From: Faecousia sp.
GTDB lineage: Bacteria; Bacillota; Clostridia; Oscillospirales; Oscillospiraceae
DNA length: 57,464 nucleotides
NCBI GenBank assembly: GCA_045595205.1
Contig: JAZNZZ010000120.1
Span: 1 to 57,464, forward strand
Direction of reading: 5' to 3'
Shown here: positions 20,953 to 29,973 of the stretch, in pieces
Layout of the letters: the number at the start of each line of letters is the position of its first letter
How positions within the stretch are numbered: position 1 is the stretch's first letter
Notes under the pieces: generated by a model
What the model saw: the letters and a program-made list of their open reading frames with translations, nothing else
Told to the model about the DNA's origin: nothing
Databases searched by the model: none
Program-made: the position numbers and the translations under genes

Positions 20953-22647
20953 ATGGATTTGAATGCACTGCGCCAGCAGGCAAGGGAAGAAGCAAAATGT
21001 TTTCTTGAGAATGACAAGGAATACAGAATGGGGTATATAGAGGCAGAGAAACCACACCCGCTGACTCGCAGGCTTTCCCAGACCTATGCTGAATCTGTGG
21101 AGGACGGGGTTCGCCTTTTATTGAGCGTTGACAATGAAATGGCAAATAGAGCGTCTGCAACCCTGGCAGGGGAGAACTATGCCCGATTTGCTGACCGTAT
21201 AAGAAAAACAGTTTCTGAGGGCGGTCGTGTCATTTTCTCCGGGTGCGGATCTTCCGGACGACTGTCTATGCGGCTGGAGCAATCCTGGCGTAATGCCGTT
21301 GCAAAGCTCTCTGAACGGTATCCTGAAGCAAAGTCTGCCCTTGAAGAGAAGCTGGATTCCGTTGGCAATATTATGACCGGCGGTGATTACGCAGTGATCC
21401 GCGCTGTGGAGTCCTTTGAGGATTCCACAAAGCTGGGAGAAGAGCAGGCGAGAGAGCTGGGACTCGGCGCAGGCGATCTTCTGGTCGGTGTCACTGCAAC
21501 CGGCGAGACAACATCGATCCTTGGTACCGCAATGCAGGCGCTTCGTGATGGCGCATCCGTATATATGCTCATCTGCGCCGATCATAAGCCGCTGGTCGAA
21601 AGGATGTCGCGAGCCAGAGCGGTCTACAACGATCCCGGCTGCAGCGTTATGTTCCTGCCCTGCGGTCCGATGGCGCTGACCGGTTCTACGAGAATGCAGT
21701 CATCTACATTCGAACAGTTAGCGGGCTGTGTTGCCCTGGAAGGTGCTCTTTGCGATATTTTGCAGGGTTGTGGCATCGATTGCCAGTGGAAAGGTTACGG
21801 ATGGTACGGCGAACAGTTCCTTTCTATGACACAGCAGCTTATGTCTGATCGCGCGGTTGGTGTTTTGGCAGATGTGTCCGAAATCGAGCAAAGCGTTTAC
21901 GAAAAAGGCGGTCTAATGACCCTGTTTGCAGATGAATTCCTTCTGGATGTTCTTACAGACACAACAGAGCGTGCGCCTACATTTATGACACCGCCCTTCG
22001 CATCTGCGGATATCAAGCAAACGGAACAGTCCTGGGCGTTTGTTAAAAATCCATGCTGCGGTACAGAGGAAGCCTGGGTCAATTGCTTCCTTCGGGAGCC
22101 TAATTGCATCAATTGGTCCAAAGAAAAGTACGCACAGCTTGGTTTGAACGGGAAACAAATCGAAAAGATCCCTGACATCAGCAGCAGCGCCTTAAAGCGG
22201 TTTATGATCGGTAACGAGCCTATGCCGGAAAGAGAAAAGGATCCCTCCTATGCGTTGTGGGTGGATGCCGTTGCGGCACCGGCTTGTTTTGAAGAACAGG
22301 CGCGCAATTACTCCGGTTCAGGTGCACTAACGATTTCCGATACCGGTGTTTCACTGGCAGAGACCGGAATGGATATGTTTGAGCACCTTTGTATAAAGCT
22401 TATGCTGAATACCTTGTCAACCGGCGTTATGGCGAGAATGGGACGGATCGACGGGAACTGGATGACCTGCCTTGCAATGTCAAACAAAAAGCTTGTTGAC
22501 CGCAGCGCCCGTATCGTTTCTGATGTTTGCGGTGTTCCTTATGAAACTGCCCTGGAAGAGATCTATTATTCCCGTGCACTTGCGGAAGCCCAGGGTCTGA
22601 ACAGAAGTGCTGCACAGGAGGCAATTCGCCGTCTTGGTGCCAAATAA
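20953..22647 (+). CDS. SIS-domain protein, MurQ etherase / glucokinase regulatory protein-like
   Basis: GCGSSGRL, AVESFED, GVTATGET, GPMALTGSTRMQ, and C-terminal KLMLNTLSTGVMARMGRIDGNWM...SNKKLVDRS. Confidence 0.75.
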   Translation: MDLNALRQQAREEAKCFLENDKEYRMGYIEAEKPHPLTRRLSQTYAESVEDGVRLLLSVDNEMANRASATLAGENYARFADRIRKTVSEGGRVIFSGCGSSGRLSMRLEQSWRNAVAKLSERYPEAKSALEEKLDSVGNIMTGGDYAVIRAVESFEDSTKLGEEQARELGLGAGDLLVGVTATGETTSILGTAMQALRDGASVYMLICADHKPLVERMSRARAVYNDPGCSVMFLPCGPMALTGSTRMQSSTFEQLAGCVALEGALCDILQGCGIDCQWKGYGWYGEQFLSMTQQLMSDRAVGVLADVSEIEQSVYEKGGLMTLFADEFLLDVLTDTTERAPTFMTPPFASADIKQTEQSWAFVKNPCCGTEEAWVNCFLREPNCINWSKEKYAQLGLNGKQIEKIPDISSSALKRFMIGNEPMPEREKDPSYALWVDAVAAPACFEEQARNYSGSGALTISDTGVSLAETGMDMFEHLCIKLMLNTLSTGVMARMGRIDGNWMTCLAMSNKKLVDRSARIVSDVCGVPYETALEEIYYSRALAEAQGLNRSAAQEAIRRLGAK

Positions 22648-22659
22648 AAGGAGATTGTT

Positions 22660-23457
22660 ATGGAAAAAATCATCAATGGAATTCGTTGCAAGTCCGTTTC
22701 CGGCGAATTTGCTGTTTATTTTGATATGGCACTCACAATGCTGGAGGAGATCATTTCCCACAACGAAAAGGGCGAAAAGACTGTGATGATCGTGCCTGTG
22801 GGTCCCACGGATCAGTATCCCATTCTTGCGGATATGGTGAACCGTCTGAATGTGAGCCTTAAAAATGTTCACTTCTTCAATATGGATGAGTATATGATCA
22901 GCTCCACGGAAACTGTTGGCAGGGATGATCCTCTCAGCTTCTACGGCAGAATGAAGCGTGAGTTTTATGACAGGGTACGGCCTGAGCTGGTGATGCCGGA
23001 AAGTCAGAGACATTTCCCGGAACCCGGTAAAGAAGCGGAATATGACCGTATGATCGAGGAACTGGGGGGCGTGGATGCTTGCTTTGGTGGACTTGGCATC
23101 AATGGTCATCTTGCTTTCAATGAGCCGCCTGAGGCGGATACGCCTATGACAGCGGATGAATTCGCCGCACTCGGTACACGCGTTCTTCCTATTTCCCGGG
23201 AAACAAAAACCATCAATGCCTACGGCTATAATAAAGGCGATCTTCGGGGTATGCCCCAGTGGTGTGTGACGATTGGTATGAAACAGATCCTGGCTTCCCG
23301 CAAGATCTATATTGCCTTAAACAGAGTATGGCAAAACGGACCCTTCAAGCACGCGTTGCTGGATCCGGAGACTGCTAGCATTCCTGCATCCTTGCTTCAG
23401 CGGTGTAAGGATGTAACTTACTGCGGTATATCCGAGGTTATGGACGGTATCGTATAA
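22660..23457 (+). CDS. Glucosamine/galactosamine-6-phosphate deaminase-isomerase family protein (NagB-like)
   Basis: FNMDEY, GLGINGHLAFNEP, VTIGMKQIL, PASLLQ. N-terminal PVGPT replaces the canonical PTGGT. Confidence 0.8.
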   Translation: MEKIINGIRCKSVSGEFAVYFDMALTMLEEIISHNEKGEKTVMIVPVGPTDQYPILADMVNRLNVSLKNVHFFNMDEYMISSTETVGRDDPLSFYGRMKREFYDRVRPELVMPESQRHFPEPGKEAEYDRMIEELGGVDACFGGLGINGHLAFNEPPEADTPMTADEFAALGTRVLPISRETKTINAYGYNKGDLRGMPQWCVTIGMKQILASRKIYIALNRVWQNGPFKHALLDPETASIPASLLQRCKDVTYCGISEVMDGIV

Positions 23458-23460
23458 ATT

Positions 23461-23493
23461 AACAGCCGTTTGTGCAGTGGACAAACGGCTGTT
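23461..23493. terminator. Intrinsic terminator at a convergent junction
   Basis: AACAGCCGTTTGT-GCAGTGG-ACAAACGGCTGTT inverted repeat. Confidence 0.8.
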
Positions 23494-23498
23494 TGATA

Positions 23499-24929
23499 TT
23501 ATGAGGGAACATTTCCACGGTTAGGATCAAGGATCGCTGTGGCATCAAACATTCCGGTAAAGAATTCCGGTGTGTGCGCCATAGCTGTACCGGATACAAG
23601 GATCCTGCCCATCCGGATATGGTCACCGCCGGAGACGAACCAGGCAAGGTCAGATTCGCAGAATCCGAGGAAACAGTTAAAGCCGTTGTCCTTTAATACC
23701 TTGGATCGGTCATCCGTGTATGCCATACCGATATTGGCAATGTCACTGTTTCTTGAGAATACAAAAATGTTTGTCTTTCCGAGGATCGGTGTGACTTCGT
23801 CGTTCCATTTGTGCATCTCATCACTGATCTGCTGTGCACTGTATCCACCGTAGGGCTCGTTTTCGTATGTATAACAAGCAAATTCGTATCCAAGCTCACG
23901 CAAATGCGTGACGATTTTTTCGGCATCATCAATTTCTTTTTGATACTGCTCATTACCGAGTTTGTCTGCAGCTTTGGGGTTCGTTCTGTAACCGAAGATA
24001 CCGTCATAACCGGTTACGGCAAGAATCGCTCGTGCGCCCCTGTACGAGAAATCAGGGTGTGTTGTTATAAAGGATTCCAGAATTGGCACAAGGTCATAAT
24101 AACCTGAGGTCGTATTTCCTTGTGAATCCACCATCTCACAAAGAATATTGTTGTTTTCGTTGATGATCAGCTTGCTTGCAAAGCCGGCACCGTCCTTATC
24201 GGGGATCCAATCGTCGTTGCTGTCGATCATATATCTGTAATAATTCACATTTGTTTGTGTAATGATAAGTGGCTTCTTGCCTTCCGGAAGATATAGCTCA
24301 AAGGTATCCGTGCCGTTCGTGACATCATCCAGGCGAATGAGAATGTAATTGTTATCGTAGAGCTGATTCAGAATTTTTTGAAATTCCTCAACGGTCACAA
24401 AATTTCGGTTATAGGAATTACCAAAGTTTGGATCGTTATAGCATCTGGACGGGTCTGCCATCAGTGACTGAAAGGACAGGTTTAAAACCGATGCCGGATC
24501 ATCCCACAGAACCATTTCGGACTTTGCTGCCGTGTAGGAATCATAATCTTTTTTCATTTCCGGGTAATCTGTCATCTCACCGGAAAAGCCTTCTAGAACG
24601 AGTATCGCACTTTCGTAATCGTAGGATGCGGCGAGCTTTGCTGCCCGATTAATACAGCTTGCGGCTTCCTCGTCCAGTGCGTTTTGCCGCTCCATTTCTG
24701 ATACAGATTCCTCGTAGGCAAGCTGCTTGTTTACCTGATAGTTCTGGATCGCTCTTGTTATGGAGCCAATTACGAAAATCAAGATAAGTAATAACGCAAC
24801 GCAGCCAATAACGATCGGTAAGTAGGTTTCTTTGAATATTTCAAATTGTGTTTTTTTACGGCGATGCGGATTGTTGGATCGTTGTCCCGGATGTTGACTG
24901 CTTTTCATACCTTTGCCGCCTTTCATCAT
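23499..24929 (-). CDS. Membrane-anchored polysaccharide deacetylase-like (NodB fold) protein with degenerate catalytic motifs
   Basis: Basic N-tail, TM helix and helical stalk; VTVEEFQKILNQLYDNNYILI, LPEGKKPLII, HPDFSYRGARAILAVTGYDGIFGYR. Confidence 0.7.
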   Translation of the reverse strand: MMKGGKGMKSSQHPGQRSNNPHRRKKTQFEIFKETYLPIVIGCVALLLILIFVIGSITRAIQNYQVNKQLAYEESVSEMERQNALDEEAASCINRAAKLAASYDYESAILVLEGFSGEMTDYPEMKKDYDSYTAAKSEMVLWDDPASVLNLSFQSLMADPSRCYNDPNFGNSYNRNFVTVEEFQKILNQLYDNNYILIRLDDVTNGTDTFELYLPEGKKPLIITQTNVNYYRYMIDSNDDWIPDKDGAGFASKLIINENNNILCEMVDSQGNTTSGYYDLVPILESFITTHPDFSYRGARAILAVTGYDGIFGYRTNPKAADKLGNEQYQKEIDDAEKIVTHLRELGYEFACYTYENEPYGGYSAQQISDEMHKWNDEVTPILGKTNIFVFSRNSDIANIGMAYTDDRSKVLKDNGFNCFLGFCESDLAWFVSGGDHIRMGRILVSGTAMAHTPEFFTGMFDATAILDPNRGNVPS

Positions 24930-24944
24930 AGTGTTTACATAAGT

Positions 24945-24972
24945 ATTATACCTTATATATTTGTGATTTCAA
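24945..24972 (-). promoter_or_regulatory. Sigma-A-like promoter for the deacetylase-like gene
   Basis: TTGAAA-16nt-TATAAT on the minus strand. Confidence 0.55.
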
Positions 24973-24990
24973 GTAAAATCGTGGCAGCAC

Positions 24991-25019
24991 TTGAAAAACT
25001 ATAATTTGTGGAGTATGAT
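24991..25019 (+). promoter_or_regulatory. Sigma-A-like promoter for luxS-mtnN
   Basis: TTGAAA-17nt-TATGAT. Confidence 0.55.
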
Positions 25020-25045
25020 AATAGAAAAAACTTTTGGAGAGTATT

Positions 25046-25522
25046 ATGGAGAAAATTGCCAGCTTTACAGTTGATCATATTAAGCTTCAGCCCGGCCTGT
25101 ATGTATCCCGAAAGGACACTGTAGGGAATGAGACAGTCACCACATTCGACCTTCGTTTGACTTCGCCCAATGATGAGCCGGTTATGAACACAGCAGAGAT
25201 TCACACCATAGAGCATTTATGCGCCACATATTTGCGTAATGAACCCGCCTGGAAGGATAAGATCTTGTATTTCGGTCCTATGGGCTGCAGAACGGGCTTT
25301 TATCTGCTTGTAGCCGGTGATTTTGTATCCAAGGATGTTTTACCGCTTTTGACTGCTTGTTTCCGCTTTGTTTCAGCCTTTTGCGGTGAGATCCCGGGGG
25401 CAAGCGCAAAGGACTGCGGCAATTATTTGGATATGAATTTACCGATGGCAAAATACTGGGGAAACCGTTATGCAGAGTTATTGGAAAATATTGATGAATC
25501 GCGTATGATCTATCCTGAATAA
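25046..25522 (+). CDS. luxS: S-ribosylhomocysteine lyase
   Basis: IASFTVDH, HTIEH, GPMGCRTGFY, CGNY motifs; ATG 25046 behind GGAG. Confidence 0.96.
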   Translation: MEKIASFTVDHIKLQPGLYVSRKDTVGNETVTTFDLRLTSPNDEPVMNTAEIHTIEHLCATYLRNEPAWKDKILYFGPMGCRTGFYLLVAGDFVSKDVLPLLTACFRFVSAFCGEIPGASAKDCGNYLDMNLPMAKYWGNRYAELLENIDESRMIYPE

Positions 25523-25535
25523 GGGGGTTCTATTT

Positions 25536-26240
25536 ATGAATAAACTTGGCATTATCGGCGCAATGAAGGTTGAAGTCGATCTTGTTTTGGCAGAATTGGC
25601 CGGTATTAAAATGAAAACAGTATCCGGGATCGACTTTTATGAGGGAGCACTTAACGACCTGCCTGTGGTTGTTGCACAGTGCGGTGTCGGCAAAGTAAAT
25701 GCTGCCATATGCGCCGAGGTTATGTGCTCGATCTACGGTGTTACACATCTTGTAAATACCGGCATTGCCGGCTCTTTATGTGCTGCCTTGGATATTGGAG
25801 ATTTTGTGATCAGTGAAAATGCAATGTATCACGATTTCGACTGCAGTTTTCTGAATCCTGCTTATGCTGTTGGTCAAGTGCCTGATATGGAGGTATATAA
25901 ATTTCCGGCAGATAATATGCTTTTGCGGGCAGCTTGTGAAGCGGCAGATAGCGTTTATCCCGGTCATTACAAAATCGGCACTGTTGCCAGCGGTGATCAA
26001 TTTGTAGGAGATAAAAAGCTTAAGGATCTGATCGTAAAAAATACGAATGCACTTTGCACAGAGATGGAGGGTGCAGCTATTGCACATACCGCCTGGAGAA
26101 ATGGCGTGCCCTTTGTGATCATCAGATCCATCTCGGATAAAGCAGATGATTCTGCCCAAATGGATTATCCCACCTTTGAGGCAATGGCGGCGAAAAGATG
26201 CGCTGCTGTAACGATAAACCTGTCAAAGACGATTAAATAA
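25536..26240 (+). CDS. mtnN: 5'-methylthioadenosine/S-adenosylhomocysteine nucleosidase
   Basis: GIIGAM, GVGKVNAA, NTGIAG, SGDQF, EMEGAAIA, RSISDKAD. Confidence 0.95.
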   Translation: MNKLGIIGAMKVEVDLVLAELAGIKMKTVSGIDFYEGALNDLPVVVAQCGVGKVNAAICAEVMCSIYGVTHLVNTGIAGSLCAALDIGDFVISENAMYHDFDCSFLNPAYAVGQVPDMEVYKFPADNMLLRAACEAADSVYPGHYKIGTVASGDQFVGDKKLKDLIVKNTNALCTEMEGAAIAHTAWRNGVPFVIIRSISDKADDSAQMDYPTFEAMAAKRCAAVTINLSKTIK

Positions 26241-26248
26241 ATATTTGA

Positions 26249-26275
26249 ATCCGCCGGAGGTTCTCTCCGGCGGAT
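26249..26275. terminator. Terminator-like hairpin at a convergent junction
   Basis: ATCCGCCGGAG-GTTCT-CTCCGGCGGAT. Confidence 0.75.
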
Positions 26276-26277
26276 AA

Positions 26278-27654
26278 TCAATTGTCTGTTAGATCATAAA
26301 TCTGATCAGCGGTATATTTCAGCTCATAAGAGATTTCGTTGATCGTGTAAGTCCCAGCGTAGTGAAAACCGGAGGCGAAAGGGATCCCGGTTGCAGGATC
26401 CACTCTTATATAGCAATAGCTTTCGTTTGTAGTGTAATCCTCATATTGGTTTTTTAATACATCCGGATCGCCGTAGAGCTTTTCGCAAGCATCCAGCTTG
26501 ATCTGCTCTGTAAAAGCATCATTTGCGATGTACTTAAGTAATAATGTTCCGTCCGTGTACTCTGACTCACAGGCATCAATATGCTCAGGCAACATCACAG
26601 TGCTGATCAATACATTTTGATACTGAGTGATAAATTTCTCCTTGCTTACAGTTTTATCTTCCGTGAATTCACTGTTGTTCAGGGATACCCGATATATTCC
26701 GTTTTCAAACACTTCGTTCTTAATAATTTTGCTGTTGCTTCCCGTTTTTCCAATGTTTTCAAGTGATACTTCGGTCTGCATTCCCGCAGTCCACGGATCT
26801 CCGCCTTTGGCGGTCACCTGTATGCTTTGCGTTTGCTTGTCACCGAATGCTTCACAAAGGATACTGTGGCTGTACCGACTGTTTAAGGTCTTGGAAGAGA
26901 GAATGAATCCGCAAGCTTCTTCGAGGATGACCGGTGCATCCGGATGAGTGATCTCTATGGCGTTATCACATTTCAGCACCGGAAATTGAGCGGGTGAGGG
27001 GAGCGGTGTTACAGTAACCTCGGTTTGGGTCTGATAAGCATTTGATTTGTATTCCGCGGAATATGACAACGATTTGATTATATTCTCTTTGGAAATTACG
27101 GCGGTTCCCTCTGCTTTGTTAAGCGTTATTTCAGGCAGCCATTTCTCTGCTTCCAATGCATCGGTAAACTGTATTATGATTTCTTCCTTTGTCTCGATTC
27201 CTTCAACTGTTTCATAGGCTGTCGGTGTCAATAGCTCCATAGGAATGTATCTGCTTACGGCTTCTTTCTGCGATACCTTAGTTGAAAAAAGTGTACCGTT
27301 CACAGAAGTATACAGCGTGTTGTCTTTAAAAAATGTAACGATTCTGTAACTGTGATCATTGATTCTACATTGCTTCTCCACATAGAGCTCCGTGATCTGC
27401 GCCTTGGATCGTTTACAGCAGACTGTGGCATCAGTTTTTCGAATGTAGGTTTCGTCACCGATTTTAATTTTTTCGGTTTGCAGGACATTGTAAGAACCTG
27501 TGTCAGCTTCGGCAGCAGAAATGGCATCATTATAGATTTTTACAGGCTCTTCAACTGCTTTTTCTTTAGGGCTTCCCGCCATAATAAAAGCAGTGACTAT
27601 AATAAACAATAAACTAATTGAAGAAATTAAAACAAAATAGCGTCCTTTTTTCAT
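26278..27654 (-). CDS. Secreted or membrane-anchored hypothetical protein with two tandem beta-rich repeats
   Basis: 458 aa, AGGAGG RBS, N-terminal hydrophobic helix, internal self-similarity. Confidence 0.75.
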   Translation of the reverse strand: MKKGRYFVLISSISLLFIIVTAFIMAGSPKEKAVEEPVKIYNDAISAAEADTGSYNVLQTEKIKIGDETYIRKTDATVCCKRSKAQITELYVEKQCRINDHSYRIVTFFKDNTLYTSVNGTLFSTKVSQKEAVSRYIPMELLTPTAYETVEGIETKEEIIIQFTDALEAEKWLPEITLNKAEGTAVISKENIIKSLSYSAEYKSNAYQTQTEVTVTPLPSPAQFPVLKCDNAIEITHPDAPVILEEACGFILSSKTLNSRYSHSILCEAFGDKQTQSIQVTAKGGDPWTAGMQTEVSLENIGKTGSNSKIIKNEVFENGIYRVSLNNSEFTEDKTVSKEKFITQYQNVLISTVMLPEHIDACESEYTDGTLLLKYIANDAFTEQIKLDACEKLYGDPDVLKNQYEDYTTNESYCYIRVDPATGIPFASGFHYAGTYTINEISYELKYTADQIYDLTDN

Positions 27655-27682
27655 ATATTCCTCCTGAGAATTCTACTTTATT

Positions 27683-27711
27683 ATTTTATCAAAGGGTATA
27701 TACAGTGTCAA
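27683..27711 (-). promoter_or_regulatory. Sigma-A-like promoter for the 458-aa secreted protein
   Basis: TTGACA-17nt-TAAAAT on the minus strand, with an extended -10 TG. Confidence 0.65.
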
Positions 27712-27745
27712 GTCAACTCGATAACGAAATATCGATCGAAAAATA

Positions 27746-27774
27746 TTGATTTTAACAGTTTAATGTAGTATAAT
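27746..27774 (+). promoter_or_regulatory. Sigma-A-like promoter for the LysR gene
   Basis: TTGATT-17nt-TATAAT. Confidence 0.6.
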
Positions 27775-27804
27775 GTAAAAATATTATGTGTGAGGTGTTT
27801 CTTT

Positions 27805-28734
27805 GTGAATACGCAGTATTTTGTTTATGCGATCGAGGTTGAAAAAACGGGCTCTATTACCCAGGCGGCCAACAATCTTTTTATGAGTCAGCCAACGCTC
27901 AGTAAGGCAATTAAGGACATGGAGGAGGCGGTTGGCTTCTCTGTGTTTAAAAGAAGTGCAAAAGGAATGGTTCCGACCCAGCGCGGACTTGAATTCCTTG
28001 ATCACGCAAAGAAAATTGCCGCACAAGTGCATAAAATGGAGCAGGCACTGCAGGCGCACGATGCGGCACACCAGCTCTTCAGTCTTGCTGTGCCCAGAGT
28101 CAGTTATATCGCAAAAGCGGTATCGGAATATGTTTGTAACTTTGACGGTCCTGTGGATATGGAGATCGATGTTCTGGAGGATAGCTCCATCCGGGTTATG
28201 GATCAGGTTGCAGACGGACATTATGTATTGGGCATCATAAGATGTCATATTGAGGATGAGGATTATTTCATAAAAAGCCTGAATGAGAAAGAGCTGCAGT
28301 ATGAATTTATTTGGCAGGCTGACTATATGGCGCTGATGTCCGAAAAGCATCCTCTGTGTCAGAAAGAGATCATTACGCAAAGCGATTTCCTTGACTATAT
28401 TGAGGTAGCTTTTGGCGATGACGAAGTGCCGTATATTCGGTACAGTGAGGCGGCGACTGCTTCCGGTCAAATGAAAAATAACAAGCGGATTCTTGTAAAC
28501 AGCAGAGCGATGCAGTTTGATGTTTTGCGTAAGAATCCTAAATCCTATATGTGGGTATCTCCTTTGCCGCAGGAAGTTCTCTCGGTAAATGGCCTTGTCC
28601 AGAGAAAATGCAAGTCCGGCAGCCAGTTTAAGGATATTTTGATCAGCAGGGCAGGGTACCGCTTCAGTAAATTGGACAGAGCTTTTTTGGATAAACTGTA
28701 TCTGGTCAGGAATTCTGTTGCATACGGCGAGTGA
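27805..28734 (+). CDS. LysR family transcriptional regulator
   Basis: GSITQAANNLFMSQPTLSKAIKDMEEAVG..F.R....PT..G HTH; GTG start behind GAGGTG. Confidence 0.95.
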   Translation: MNTQYFVYAIEVEKTGSITQAANNLFMSQPTLSKAIKDMEEAVGFSVFKRSAKGMVPTQRGLEFLDHAKKIAAQVHKMEQALQAHDAAHQLFSLAVPRVSYIAKAVSEYVCNFDGPVDMEIDVLEDSSIRVMDQVADGHYVLGIIRCHIEDEDYFIKSLNEKELQYEFIWQADYMALMSEKHPLCQKEIITQSDFLDYIEVAFGDDEVPYIRYSEAATASGQMKNNKRILVNSRAMQFDVLRKNPKSYMWVSPLPQEVLSVNGLVQRKCKSGSQFKDILISRAGYRFSKLDRAFLDKLYLVRNSVAYGE

Positions 28735-28881
28735 TATTCTAAAACGGAATATAGTTATTCCTGATTAGAATCTATGTTGTTTTTAATTTATGATTGATTT
28801 GTAAAAAAATTTTTCCACTGAAATTATGATTTTGGAAAATTTGCTAATATTGTCGTTGTGTGATATTCCTTGACGGAAAAT
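28734..28881. promoter_or_regulatory. Three candidate LysR operator sites (ATATTCC-N5-GGAATAT consensus)
   Basis: ATATTCTAAAACGGAATAT (28734), TTATTCCTGATTAGAATCT (28755), ATATTCCTTGACGGAAAAT (28863); each contains T-N11-A. Confidence 0.55.
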
Positions 28882-29022
28882 ATTTATGTCAATTTTCAAT
28901 TTCTGTTTTTGTGGGTTATTTGATACAATTATATCAATATGTTTTCATATGAATGATTTCATATATTCCTTTAGTAACTGGATATTTCAATTATTGGCAT
29001 ACCGCTGGAAAGGATTTTGTAT

Positions 29023-29970
29023 ATGAGTAAGAAGGTAACTGTTATAGGCGCAGGTAATGTGGGTTCTACGATTGCTTACACATTATCACTTGGAACCATC
29101 GCATCGGAGATCGTTCTGATCGACATTAACAAAGAGAAGGTAGAGGGAGAGGTAATGGACATTGTCCAGGGCACCAGCTTCCGTGATCCTATTTCTGTAA
29201 TTGCGGGTGATTACGAGGATGCCAGGGATTCTGATATCGTTGTTATCACCTCCGGTATCGGCAGAAAGCCCGGACAGACCCGGATCGACCTTGCCCAGAC
29301 CAATGTGAATATTCTTAAGGACATTACACCCAAGATCGTCGCAGCTGCCCCCAACGCACTGTATGTGCTTGTGAGCAATCCTGTGGATGTGCTTACCTAT
29401 GTGTTTACCAAGATATCCGGTCTTCCGGAAAGTCAGATCATTGGCTCCGGTACGATCCTGGATACTGCGCGTCTTCGTTACGATCTGTCTCATCACTATA
29501 AGGTTGCCCAGAAAAACATTCACGCCTATGTTTACGGCGAGCACGGTGATACATCCTTTATCCCGTGGTCCCTTGCGGATGTTTCCGGTTGCCCCCTGAG
29601 CGAGTATGAGGATCTTATGGTCAAGAAGGGTGTGGTCGGGGATCGTCTCGACACCGAAGCGACCCTTCGTTACGTCCAAAAGTCCGGTGGTGAGATCATT
29701 GCCAAAAAGGGCGCTACCTTCTATGCGGTTTCTGCTTCTGTTAATAAGATCCTTGCGGCTCTGGATGCAGCCTATGACAGTGTGGCCACTGTATCCTCTA
29801 TGATGCACGGTGAATACGGCATCGAGGATGTATGTATCAGTACAATGACCATTATCGGACCCAACGGTGTTAAGGGTAAGGTCCCTGTTGATCTGACCTT
29901 TGATGAGCAGCAGAAGCTGCAGGCAAGTGCCGATGCGTTGAAAGCAGTAATTAAGAGTTTGGAGATATAA
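29023..29970 (+). CDS. LDH/MDH family dehydrogenase, probably LDH-like malate dehydrogenase
   Basis: IGAGNVG, SNPVD, GSGTILDTAR, GEHGD. Substrate loop GIGRKPGQTRIDL has Arg (MDH-type), not Gln (LDH-type). Confidence 0.85.
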   Translation: MSKKVTVIGAGNVGSTIAYTLSLGTIASEIVLIDINKEKVEGEVMDIVQGTSFRDPISVIAGDYEDARDSDIVVITSGIGRKPGQTRIDLAQTNVNILKDITPKIVAAAPNALYVLVSNPVDVLTYVFTKISGLPESQIIGSGTILDTARLRYDLSHHYKVAQKNIHAYVYGEHGDTSFIPWSLADVSGCPLSEYEDLMVKKGVVGDRLDTEATLRYVQKSGGEIIAKKGATFYAVSASVNKILAALDAAYDSVATVSSMMHGEYGIEDVCISTMTIIGPNGVKGKVPVDLTFDEQQKLQASADALKAVIKSLEI

Positions 29971-29973
29971 AGG

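Noticed and set aside
27655-27673. Fourth LysR-box-like sequence ATATTCCTCCTGAGAATTC
   Set aside because: It coincides with the AGGAGG RBS of the minus-strand gene, which explains the match without invoking an operator.
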